Source of the DNA: an archaeon
Lineage (GTDB): Archaea; Undinarchaeota; CAZHTU01; JBDRCC01
DNA length: 64,000 bases
NCBI GenBank assembly: GCA_043822065.1
Contig: JBDRCC010000021.1
Coordinates: 32,001 to 96,000 of the forward strand
Direction of reading: 5' to 3'
The stretch's first letter is position 1. Every line of letters begins with the position of its first letter. The translations under genes and the position numbers were made by a program. The notes under the pieces were generated by a model, which was given only the letters and a program-made list of their open reading frames with translations, did not search any database and was not told where the DNA came from. This document shows positions 18,414 through 26,563 of this stretch, one piece after another.

Positions 18414-18508
18414 TAAACTTAAGCAGCAGCTTCCCAAGCGACCTTTCTTGAAAGAAAGCTCGACCAAAGAACGCCTAAATAATAAACTTAAACAGCAGCT
18501 TCCCAAGC
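18406..18508. mobile_element. 35-bp three-arm repeat element (18440-18474) flanked by 34-bp direct repeats
   Basis: 18406-18439 and 18475-18508 are 33/34 identical. Insert GACCTTTCTTGAAAGAAAGCTCGACCAAAGAACGC is nearly identical to the 5033 element. Confidence 0.78.
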
Positions 18509-19665
18509 TTCGGGCTCTTCTTTATCAGCGTCTTAACCGCCGCGGTCTTTCCATCCATCATGTCCAGCACCGTCTTTGTGTCAAAGACAGTAGCCAATTG
18601 GTCAATCTCCGCGTCGTTCAGCGAGGCGGCTATCTTCTGGAGCCTTAAGTGCCTCTTGAATGTCTTTCCATATGCGCTGTCCCATAACGCCTTGTACTCG
18701 TCAAGCCGCGTCTTCGAAACGTCCCCCTTTTCGAGCGCTTTGGCTCCGACTTCAGCCGCTATGCTCCCAGCGCCCATTGCAAACGCTATCCCGCCGCCGT
18801 GTATCGGGCTTACCTGCCTTGCCGCGTCACCGACAACCACTAGGCCATCGGTCGCAAACTCCTTTGACACGCCTCCGACCGGTATCCCCCCTCCATTTAC
18901 CTCCACTATCGAGCCATCTCCGTACCCGTGCTGCTTTACCCACCTGTCAAGGTAGTACTTTGCATTTTTTTCAGAGGCAGCGTTTATCCCTATGCCCACG
19001 TTGGCGACGTCCTTTCCCTTTGGGAAGACCCAGATGTACCCGCTCGGCGCGATGCTGTTCCCAATGTAGAACTCAAGGACCTCGTGGTCCTGGATATCTA
19101 TCCCTGCCATCTCGTACTGGAACCCGGAATCAAAAGTTTCAAGCTTTTCAGCTGTGTCTATCCCTGCCCACCTTGCGACCTTGGAGTCCACGCCGTCTGC
19201 CGCGACAGTCAGCCTCGCCCTGACTTCAAATTCCTCGCCGAAGCGGTCGCAGTTTATGCCCTCGATGCCGTTCTTTCCCTTCAGGACCCCGGTGCACCTG
19301 ACCTTTGCCTGGACTTCAGCGCCAGCCCTCGCAGCCTCTATGGCAAGGTACTTGTCAAACATCTTCCGCTCAAGCAGGTAGCCGCACAGCGCGTCGTCGG
19401 TCTTGTCCTTTAGCGTGAGCCTTGTCCCGTTCGGGCTGATGAGCGACATGCCGTATATGTTGTTCGCGATGTGGTTCCCCTTCTCTGGTATGCCGAACCT
19501 CTTGAAGTGGGCCTTCGCAAGGCCTTCGCCGCACCTCACCGGCGCACCTATCTCCTCGCGCTTGTCAATGCATAATACCGATAGCCCCTTCTCTGCAAGC
19601 TTCTTCGCGGCGTATGTGCCGCCTGGGCCTGCGCCAACGACTGCAACATCGTACTCATCCTTCAT
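18475..19665 (-). CDS. digeranylgeranylglycerophospholipid (geranylgeranyl) reductase
   Basis: VVGAGPGG, PVRCGEG, ADGVDS, GYIWVFPKG and GDAARQVSPIHGGGI. Confidence 0.93.
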   Translation of the reverse strand: MKDEYDVAVVGAGPGGTYAAKKLAEKGLSVLCIDKREEIGAPVRCGEGLAKAHFKRFGIPEKGNHIANNIYGMSLISPNGTRLTLKDKTDDALCGYLLERKMFDKYLAIEAARAGAEVQAKVRCTGVLKGKNGIEGINCDRFGEEFEVRARLTVAADGVDSKVARWAGIDTAEKLETFDSGFQYEMAGIDIQDHEVLEFYIGNSIAPSGYIWVFPKGKDVANVGIGINAASEKNAKYYLDRWVKQHGYGDGSIVEVNGGGIPVGGVSKEFATDGLVVVGDAARQVSPIHGGGIAFAMGAGSIAAEVGAKALEKGDVSKTRLDEYKALWDSAYGKTFKRHLRLQKIAASLNDAEIDQLATVFDTKTVLDMMDGKTAAVKTLIKKSPKLGKLLFKFII

Positions 19666-19834
19666 ACTTTATCGCCCCCACCGGGCAGAACTTCTCGCAA
19701 ACCCTGCAGTTGATGCAGTAATCATAGAAAACTATCCCCTCTTCAAGCAGCTCGTTCGCGTTCTTCGGGCAGACCGAGACGCAGCCCCCGCACTTCAGGC
19801 ATTTCCGCCTGTCAACCCGCATCTTGCTCTTCAT
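19655..19834 (-). CDS. 2x[4Fe-4S] ferredoxin
   Basis: CLKCGGCVSVCP and CINCRVCEKFCP; immediately upstream of the GGR gene. Confidence 0.9.
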   Translation of the reverse strand: MKSKMRVDRRKCLKCGGCVSVCPKNANELLEEGIVFYDYCINCRVCEKFCPVGAIKYEG

Positions 19835-21138
19835 TACGGCGTCAGCCTCTTCATGTCGCGCGGGAATGCTATGCACTCCCTCACGTTTGAAACCCCAGTA
19901 AGCACCATGACAAGCCTGTCCCCGCCAAGCCCCCATCCGGCGTGCGGCGGCATCCCCCAGTCGAACGCCTTGAGGTGGTGCTCGAAGTCTGCAGGGTCGT
20001 TCCCATGCTTTTTCAGGCTCTCAAGCAGCATTTCCCTTTCGTGTATCCTCATCCCGCCTGAGGCAAGCTCTATCCCCCCGAAGTCGAAGTCAAACGACCT
20101 CGAAAGCTTCGGCTTGTCTGCCGGCATTATGTAGAACGGCTTTATGTCCGCAGGATAATTTGTTATGAAGAACGGCCCCTTTACATTCTCCCCGAGCGCC
20201 TTCTCGGACTCGGTGTCTATGTCGTCCCCGAACTTCAGCTTCTTGCCGGACTTGTCCAGGATTTCGAGCGCCTCCTCATAGGTCACGCGCCTGTACGGCG
20301 GCTTTGGTATGTCAAGCTCCCTGCCGAGCATCTTCAGCTCCTCGGCGCAGCCCTCCCTCACCTTCGTGACTATGTGGTAGAACATGTTTTCGAGCGCCTT
20401 CATCGCATCCTCGTCGTCCCCGAAGGCGAGCTCAATATCAATCCCAGTGAACTCAGAGATGTGCCTGACTGTGTCAGACGGCTCAGCCCTGAAGAAGGGC
20501 GCAATCTCGTAAACCCTGTCGAAGCAGCTGGTGAGTATCTCCTTGTAAAGCCGCGGCGACTGGCTAAGGTAAGCCTGCTGGTCGAAGTATGAAATCGGGA
20601 AGAGCGTAGCCCCGCCCTCCGCCCCTGCCTTTATTATCTTCGGGGTGTGGACCTCTATGAACCCTTCGCCGGACAGGTACTCCCGTGCTGCGTCGAACAC
20701 CTTGTCCCGTATCTTGAATATCGCAAGTATCTCCGGGCGCCGCAGGTCGACTGCCCTGGCGTTCAGCCGCGTGTCCAAGTCCGCCGGCGTTATCCCGGTG
20801 ACGTCAAGCGGCAGCTGGCGCTGGGCAGTGTTTATTATCCTTATTTCCTGCGGTATTATCTCAATCCCGCGCTTGGCAATCTTGCTCGCCTGCGCCTTCC
20901 CCTTGACCGCGACGACGAACTCCCGCCCAAGCTGCTTTATCTTTTCGGTTATCTCCTGCGGGACTTCCTCCCTCTTGGCGGTTATCTGCGCAATCCCCGA
21001 CCTGTCCCTGAGCAGGAAGAAGTTTATCTTTCCGAGGAGCCTGACCTCGTGGACCCATCCCATGAGGATGACGTCCTGGCCTGCCCTGACGTCGGCAACA
21101 AAGCATGTCCTCCGCCAGTCCCCCATATTGTCAACCAT
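19834..21138 (-). CDS. aspS: aspartyl-tRNA synthetase, archaeal type
   Basis: GWVHEVR, LRDRSG, EGGATLF, FRAE and GMPPHAGWGLGGDRL. Confidence 0.96.
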   Translation of the reverse strand: MVDNMGDWRRTCFVADVRAGQDVILMGWVHEVRLLGKINFFLLRDRSGIAQITAKREEVPQEITEKIKQLGREFVVAVKGKAQASKIAKRGIEIIPQEIRIINTAQRQLPLDVTGITPADLDTRLNARAVDLRRPEILAIFKIRDKVFDAAREYLSGEGFIEVHTPKIIKAGAEGGATLFPISYFDQQAYLSQSPRLYKEILTSCFDRVYEIAPFFRAEPSDTVRHISEFTGIDIELAFGDDEDAMKALENMFYHIVTKVREGCAEELKMLGRELDIPKPPYRRVTYEEALEILDKSGKKLKFGDDIDTESEKALGENVKGPFFITNYPADIKPFYIMPADKPKLSRSFDFDFGGIELASGGMRIHEREMLLESLKKHGNDPADFEHHLKAFDWGMPPHAGWGLGGDRLVMVLTGVSNVRECIAFPRDMKRLTP

Positions 21139-21139
21139 A

Positions 21140-21409
21140 TCAAGTCGCCTTTGCGTAGTAAACCAAAGCCCAGACGAAAAGCCAGAATATCATGTACGGC
21201 CACACTCCTACCCCGAACCACCACTTGTTTCCGTGCGTCTTCGGGTCAAGCTTGAATGCCCGCTGGAATGCATACCATATCATAAACAGCAGCCCAAGCG
21301 CCAAGAAGCCGATGTATACTTCGGTGCCTATGTACCCGCTGGCAGCCCCCATCAGCGCCCCAGCGGACGCATGGATTGCCAGACTCTTCTCTTCCAGGGT
21401 AAGTTCCAT
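21140..21409 (-). CDS. EMC6-like archaeal membrane protein
   Basis: Three TM segments and a KWWFGVGVWPYMIFWLFVWAL C-terminus. Confidence 0.6.
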   Translation of the reverse strand: MELTLEEKSLAIHASAGALMGAASGYIGTEVYIGFLALGLLFMIWYAFQRAFKLDPKTHGNKWWFGVGVWPYMIFWLFVWALVYYAKAT

Positions 21410-21450
21410 GCTTAACATACGGATTAGGGGTTAAAATAATTTGCCCACAG

Positions 21451-21570
21451 CCTTTTTCTTTTAGAAAAAGAACCGCAAGGAACAAAGTTCCTTGGAGCCC
21501 CGAAAAGCCTTGCTTTTCGAGGAAACGCTGGCGAAAAAGAAAACTACCTCAGGGTTCGCTCCGCTCACGC
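21451..21570. repeat. three-arm repeat element with nested 50-bp double-hairpin insert and TCGCTCCGCTC tail
   Basis: Closely matches the 26513 copy once 21473-21522 is removed. Confidence 0.75.
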
Positions 21571-21583
21571 ACTTTATCCTGCC

Positions 21584-22234
21584 TTAGAACCACTCGCCAA
21601 GCCTGCTCTGGCACTTCTCCTCGTTCAGCCGCCAGGCAGTGTACCAGGACTTCCTCACTATCTCCGGGTACTCCTTATTTTTCCTTATCCAGTCCTGGAG
21701 GAACTTTATCGTAACCTCGTCCGAGGGGTATCCGCTCCCGATTTCCCCGTACTTCTTCTTCAGCTTCTCAATCTCCCTGTCCCTCTCGACCTTTGCCAGA
21801 ATCGACGCCGCCGCGACAACCGGGAACCTTTCCCCCCTGTTGTGCGAGTGTATTATCATCGGGTCCTTGAGGTACTTCCGTATCCTATTTGCAAAAACGA
21901 TCGGCGGCCGGTCCGGGGAGTCGACGTAAACCTTGTCCGGCCCGAGCTTCCTTATCAGCCCGCCTATGAACTCCGCCTCCATCTCGTTAAGCGAGGCGTC
22001 GTCGCGGTACCTGTCGATGTACTTTGGCTGTATCCTCTCCACCCTGTAGGTGTGCGCAATCTTTTTTATCTCCTTCCGGAGGGAAGCCCTTTTTTCCGGC
22101 GTGAGCAGCTTCGAGTCCTTGACCCCTATCTCCTTCAGCCGCTTCTCCCCTGCCTCGTCAACCACAAGGCAGCAAATCGTCATAGGCCCGATGACTGGCC
22201 CGCGGCCGGCTTCATCCACTCCTGCAATGAGCAT
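21584..22234 (-). CDS. rnhB: ribonuclease HII
   Basis: GVDEAGRGPVIGP, VKDSK, VAAASILAK, GSGYPSD and C-terminal PIP box QSRLGEWF. Confidence 0.96.
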   Translation of the reverse strand: MLIAGVDEAGRGPVIGPMTICCLVVDEAGEKRLKEIGVKDSKLLTPEKRASLRKEIKKIAHTYRVERIQPKYIDRYRDDASLNEMEAEFIGGLIRKLGPDKVYVDSPDRPPIVFANRIRKYLKDPMIIHSHNRGERFPVVAAASILAKVERDREIEKLKKKYGEIGSGYPSDEVTIKFLQDWIRKNKEYPEIVRKSWYTAWRLNEEKCQSRLGEWF

Positions 22235-22327
22235 ACTCCTTCTTTGTTGCCCTGGATTTAAACTATTTGCGCAACCAAAACCTTTTATAAGCTGAACCAA
22301 GTACTATGATTACTGTGCATTTCCGAT

Positions 22328-22406
22328 AGCGGGGTGGAGTAGTCTGGCCTATCTCGACGGGCTCATAACCCGTAGATCAGTCGTTCGAATCGACTCCCCG
22401 CTACCA
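22328..22406 (+). tRNA. initiator tRNA-Met (CAT)
   Basis: Acceptor AGCGGGG/CCCCGCT with A1:U72, anticodon arm ACGGG-CTCATAA-CCCGT with three G-C pairs, TTCGAAT loop and encoded CCA. Confidence 0.96.
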
Positions 22407-22459
22407 TTTATTTAATCTTTATACTAAAAACTTATAAATCCGGGGAGCTAAAATAGCCT

Positions 22460-22831
22460 ATGGTTCACAAGACCGCAGTAATCGTCGCGGCCACCACGGT
22501 CATCGCCGCGCAGTACCTTCCTTACAAATATGCACTCCTAGTCGGGGCTTTCCTAGTCATGCTGCCGCTCAGGCTTACCATAATGCCCGGCAACCTGATT
22601 TCCCAGACCGCGATAGGCACCTCCCTTCTCACCCTCCTCGGGCTCCACCTCGGCTTCGGCCCATTTTACGCATTCGCATTCGGCGTCACGGCAAGGTTCG
22701 CAATATTCCTCCTTATAGTCACTTTCATCCTAAAGAGCATGAGCTCCAAGCCAAGGCTGCCGAAATTCCTCCAGTCCAACAAGGTCCAGCCGACGGTTAT
22801 GAAACAGTATCCTGGCAACAAATCCAATTAA
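22460..22831 (+). CDS. membrane protein
   Basis: Hydrophobic 123-aa ORF with TATA CTTATAAA about 20 nt upstream. Confidence 0.65.
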   Translation: MVHKTAVIVAATTVIAAQYLPYKYALLVGAFLVMLPLRLTIMPGNLISQTAIGTSLLTLLGLHLGFGPFYAFAFGVTARFAIFLLIVTFILKSMSSKPRLPKFLQSNKVQPTVMKQYPGNKSN

Positions 22832-22888
22832 ACCCCCTTTTCCCATCCTGAGCCAGAATATTTATATCCCCTCAGCCACCTGCAAACC

Positions 22889-23500
22889 ATGATTGAGCGC
22901 AAGGCCGCGTTTTTGGCGCTAATCCTCGCATCGGCAGGCACCGCCATGCTCTATGCAATACCCCAGGGCTACGGCGTCCCGCACACACCCATCCAAAAAA
23001 TCACACCATCCTACGAGGGCGTGCCCGTGGTCGTCTCCGGCTCAGTCAGCCAGATAAAATCCACGGAGAAAGTTACACTCCTTACACTATCCGACGGCGA
23101 AGCCTCAATCCTCGTCCCTGTCTTCGACAAGGCGGAAGAATTCTCCATCGGAGAGGCGCTTGATGTCTCCGGCAAGGTCCAGCTCTACAACGGCGCGCTT
23201 GAGGTCATCCCGTCGGCAATATTGCGGGCGCCCCCCGCCCAAGAAAAAAACTTCGTCTCCGTTTCCGAGATAGGCGCTTCCTGGGAGAGCCGGAGCGTCC
23301 GCATCCTCGGCAAGGTCGTCTCCTCCAAGGAATACAAAGACAGCCAGCTCATAAGCGTCGAGGACCACACTGGAAAAATAGATGTCTACACCGCACGGAA
23401 ATACGAGCTTTGGAACGGCGACTACGTCTCGGTTGACGGAACCGTTTCAATGTACAAGGGCATGCCTGAGGTCAAAGCCACATCAATAGAAAGGCTTTAG
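22889..23500 (+). CDS. membrane-anchored tandem OB-fold protein
   Basis: N-terminal TM segment and two OB folds (LSDGEASI...VSGKVQLYNGALEV; VEDHTGKI...VDGTVSMYKGMPEV). Confidence 0.82.
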   Translation: MIERKAAFLALILASAGTAMLYAIPQGYGVPHTPIQKITPSYEGVPVVVSGSVSQIKSTEKVTLLTLSDGEASILVPVFDKAEEFSIGEALDVSGKVQLYNGALEVIPSAILRAPPAQEKNFVSVSEIGASWESRSVRILGKVVSSKEYKDSQLISVEDHTGKIDVYTARKYELWNGDYVSVDGTVSMYKGMPEVKATSIERL

Positions 23501-23503
23501 CCG

Positions 23504-23980
23504 CTACCTTGGCGGCATCATGTCCTTTATGGACCTTGAGCTTACCACTGTCACGTTCCCGAGCGGGTCGACGTTCGGAAGTATCTTAGTCCTCAGGTGC
23601 CCGAGCAGGAGCCTTGCAACGTCTGCGTGCTCCTCTTCACCCTCGACTATTATCGTGTCCCGCGGCGCGGCGCCCTTGCCTGCGACGACCGTGAAGAGCA
23701 GGTCAGCTTCGATTTTTGACTTCTTAAGCGGGAACTTCTTTTTTGAGCCGATGACCTTTGCCCCGAACCGCCTCGTCGGCATTGGCTTGCCGTTCTCGTC
23801 AGTCTCCTGCCGCCCCGTTGGGACGTCGTGCTCCTGCACCCTGATGTTTGCAAGGAACGTCCCCTTTTCGGTTATCTGCTCGTTTACTTCCTTGACGAGC
23901 TCTATGTCCGTCAGGATATCTCCTATTATCTCAAATGACTTCGCATGCGAGGGAATGAAGGTTATCTCGAAAAACTTCAT
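23504..23980 (-). CDS. hypothetical protein
   Basis: Start reassigned to MKFFEITF at 23980, with a TATA-like sequence upstream. Confidence 0.6.
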   Translation of the reverse strand: MKFFEITFIPSHAKSFEIIGDILTDIELVKEVNEQITEKGTFLANIRVQEHDVPTGRQETDENGKPMPTRRFGAKVIGSKKKFPLKKSKIEADLLFTVVAGKGAAPRDTIIVEGEEEHADVARLLLGHLRTKILPNVDPLGNVTVVSSRSIKDMMPPR

Positions 23981-24059
23981 GCATATACTAAGCATTTTGT
24001 TATTTAAATCTGTAGTGATTTGAAAAAACATTAAATACTCTACAAACAAAATACATCCT

Positions 24060-24580
24060 ATGTCAAAAACTCCCCCTGCCAATTGGCGATCCCGTCTCGT
24101 TAAACTTGATGCAGATGAAATAGTAGACTATTTAATAGCAGAACAAGAACAACAACTTAAGGAGAAAAGCCATCTGATGAGACTGAAGTTGTTTTTAAAG
24201 AAATTAAAAAACTCCTTAAAATATGCGAGAGTTTTGGAGTGGAAGGAGATACAGCTGAGCACGCGATACAGGACTTTTTAACTGTCTGTGGAAAAGACTA
24301 TCTCTCTCCAGAGAATAGGGCTGAAATGCAAAAAATTGAGGATGAGGTGACTATTATCGGAAGGCTCAGAACGAAGAAAGACACGTATATCTATGTACTA
24401 AAATTCATCAAGAAATTTGATGAACCTGTTAGTTTTAAGATGCTAAATCTTGCGCCAAAATCTTATCTGAAAGATAAATATAAACCTTTTATACTAGACC
24501 TTGAAAGATTTAATATAATCCAAATAGATAGAAGCAAAGGCGAACGCAATTACCTCTATTCATTAAATACGCTTGGCTAA
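24060..24580 (+). pseudogene. AT-rich winged-helix-like gene split by a single-base frameshift near 24165-24168
   Basis: The second frame is open and protein-like from 24161 (KPSDETEVVFKEIKKLLKICESFGVEGD...). Adding one A to GAGAAAAGCC joins both ORFs. Confidence 0.6.
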
Positions 24581-24612
24581 TCTATTTAATTGGAAAGAAT
24601 TATCAATCTCTC

Positions 24613-25122
24613 ATGATAACCATTCTTAGGCTTTCCCACCGCATTTCGAGGGACAAGCGGCTCTCGACCCACCTCGGGCTTGTAGCCCGCGCCTTCGGCG
24701 CCGACAAGGTCATCTACACCGGCGAAAAGGACGAGCACCTGTTTGAGTCCCTCCGCAAGGTCGCAGGCGACTGGGGCGGAAAGTTCGAGGCGGAGCACGC
24801 AAAGAGCTACCGCAAGGTCATCAAGGAGTTCAACGGAACTGTCGTCCACCTGACGATGTACGGCATGCCAGTCCAGGACAAGGCCGCCGAGCTCCGCGGC
24901 AAGGACCTTTTGATAATCGTCGGCGCCGGGAAAGTCCCGGGCGACGTCTACGAGCTGGCTGACTATAATATTTCAGTCACACTCCAGCCGCACTCCGAGG
25001 TCGCAGCCCTCGCAATCCTCCTGGACAGGCTCCAGAACGGCGCAGAGCTTTCCAAAACGCACTCCGGCGCGAAGAAAAAGGTTATACCAAATGCCAAAGG
25101 CAAAACACTCATTCAGGATTGA
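24613..25122 (+). CDS. trm56: tRNA (cytidine56-2'-O)-methyltransferase
   Basis: LRLSHRISRDKRLSTH, VHLTMYG, VGAGKVP and QPHSEVAALA. Confidence 0.95.
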   Translation: MITILRLSHRISRDKRLSTHLGLVARAFGADKVIYTGEKDEHLFESLRKVAGDWGGKFEAEHAKSYRKVIKEFNGTVVHLTMYGMPVQDKAAELRGKDLLIIVGAGKVPGDVYELADYNISVTLQPHSEVAALAILLDRLQNGAELSKTHSGAKKKVIPNAKGKTLIQD

Positions 25123-25306
25123 GATAGACGGCGAAAAAAGGCAGCTAAGCCTAAGGCCAGGCGCGAATGTCGATGGCCTCCTAACCGAACTCGGCTACAC
25201 CTCCGAGGACTACCTCGCAACAATCGATGGCAGGCTTTCCCACCCCTCCACAAAAATCTCCCCCTCCATGAAGATAAAACTCCACCGGGTGGCTTCCAGT
25301 GGCTAA
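25091..25306 (+). CDS. MoaD/ThiS/SAMP ubiquitin-like sulfur carrier
   Basis: 71-aa beta-grasp pattern ending VASSG, directly upstream of ncsA. Confidence 0.75.
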   Translation: MPKAKHSFRIEIDGEKRQLSLRPGANVDGLLTELGYTSEDYLATIDGRLSHPSTKISPSMKIKLHRVASSG

Positions 25307-26216
25307 GTGCTTCTTATGCAAAAAGCCCGCGGTGATAGACTGCAGGTACGGGGCGAAGTCCTACTGCGCAGGCTGCTTCACCAAGACAATCGACCAGCGG
25401 ATAAGCAAGACAATCCGCATACACGAAATGATAAAAACGCACGACCACGTCGCAGTCGGGTACTCCGGCGGGAAGGACTCCGGCCTCGCCCTCTACAAGA
25501 TTGCCCAGCTTTCGAAGAAGCTCCCCATGGAAATCACGGCAATCACGGTCGATGAGGGCACGAAGGGCTACCGCGACAAGTGCATTGAGCTCACGAAAAA
25601 GTACTGCAAGGAGCTCGGTGTGAGGCAGGAAGTAGTCTCCTTCAAGCAGATGTTTGGCATCACCATGGACCAGGTCGCAGGAAAAAAGCTCCGGAAGGGC
25701 ACCTGCTCCTACTGCGCGGTATACCGGCGGAAGGCGCTGAACAATGCCGCCCGTGAAATCGGCGCGGACAGGCTTGTCATCGCCCACAACCTCGACGACG
25801 AGGTCCAGTCCATAGTCATGAACTACTTCCGCGGCGACCTTGAGCGGTCAGCCCGCCTCGGCGCCAAGTCCTACCCAGTCTACCCGGGCTTCGTCCAGAG
25901 GATTAAGCCCATCCGGAATGTCCCTGAGCGCGAGACGCTCGCCTACTGCCTGATAAAGGGAATACCGTTCTACGAAAAGCGCTGCCCCTACTCGCACGAC
26001 GCTAGCAGGAACGACGTGAAGCGCATGCTCAACCAGTACGAGTCAATCCACCCGGGGACGAAGCAGTCCCTCCTGAACTCCTTCGACGACCTCCTTCCGC
26101 TCCTGAAGGCGAAATACAGGCTCGAGAGGCTAAACCCCTGCGCGGAATGCGGCGAGCCTGCGTCCGGCGCAGTCTGCAGGCCATGCTCCTACCTGAAGGA
26201 AATTCAAAAACGTTAA
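25299..26216 (+). CDS. ncsA: tRNA 2-thiolation protein NcsA/TtuA (TIGR00269-like)
   Basis: N- and C-terminal CxxC Zn ribbons, PP-loop YSGGKDS, CSYC, AHNLDD and CPY. Confidence 0.9.
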   Translation: MAKCFLCKKPAVIDCRYGAKSYCAGCFTKTIDQRISKTIRIHEMIKTHDHVAVGYSGGKDSGLALYKIAQLSKKLPMEITAITVDEGTKGYRDKCIELTKKYCKELGVRQEVVSFKQMFGITMDQVAGKKLRKGTCSYCAVYRRKALNNAAREIGADRLVIAHNLDDEVQSIVMNYFRGDLERSARLGAKSYPVYPGFVQRIKPIRNVPERETLAYCLIKGIPFYEKRCPYSHDASRNDVKRMLNQYESIHPGTKQSLLNSFDDLLPLLKAKYRLERLNPCAECGEPASGAVCRPCSYLKEIQKR

Positions 26217-26241
26217 ATACTTCCCAGCCCAAATTACCCTT

Positions 26242-26508
26242 GGTGGCTAGGCGGGGAGATAGTCGTACCCTTTACGCGAAATCGACTTCAGCGCGGCCGA
26301 ATGCCCTTTTGAGGCGGATAGGCTTTCTAATCTAGCCGTTTCCAAGCGTCGAAGCCCTGCCCTCAGGGGTGGTGCATCTGGACGAACCGGGCCAGGCGGG
26401 GAACCGTGCAACCCTAATCCTTATGTATTACGCTCTGCGGATCACGGGGTGGAGTTTGGATCGGTATTGGATTAGTTTGCACTAGCGTCGATTAAGGGTG
26501 CCACCACC
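26242..26508 (+). ncRNA. archaeal signal recognition particle RNA
   Basis: Terminal helix GGTGG/CCACC, Alu-like 5' end GGCTAGGCGGGG...CGAAA and helix 8 GGGCCAGGCGGGGAACCGTGCAACCC. Confidence 0.88.
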
Positions 26509-26512
26509 TCAA

Positions 26513-26557
26513 CCTTTTTCTTTTTAAAAAAGAAAAACGTTGGCGAAAAAGAAAACT
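26513..26557. repeat. three-arm repeat element
   Basis: CCTTTTTCTTTTT-AAAAAAGAAAAA-CGTTGGCG-AAAAAGAAAACT directly after the SRP RNA. Confidence 0.7.
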
Positions 26558-26563
26558 GGACAA

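Noticed and set aside
18406-18508. Mini CRISPR array (repeat-spacer-repeat), also at 5002-5101
   Set aside because: The flanks are gene ends that differ between loci while the middle is constant. No cas genes or leader are present.
18322-18648. ORF with repeated [11 protein letters not shown] peptide
   Set aside because: It is a by-product of the 34-bp duplication read in another frame.
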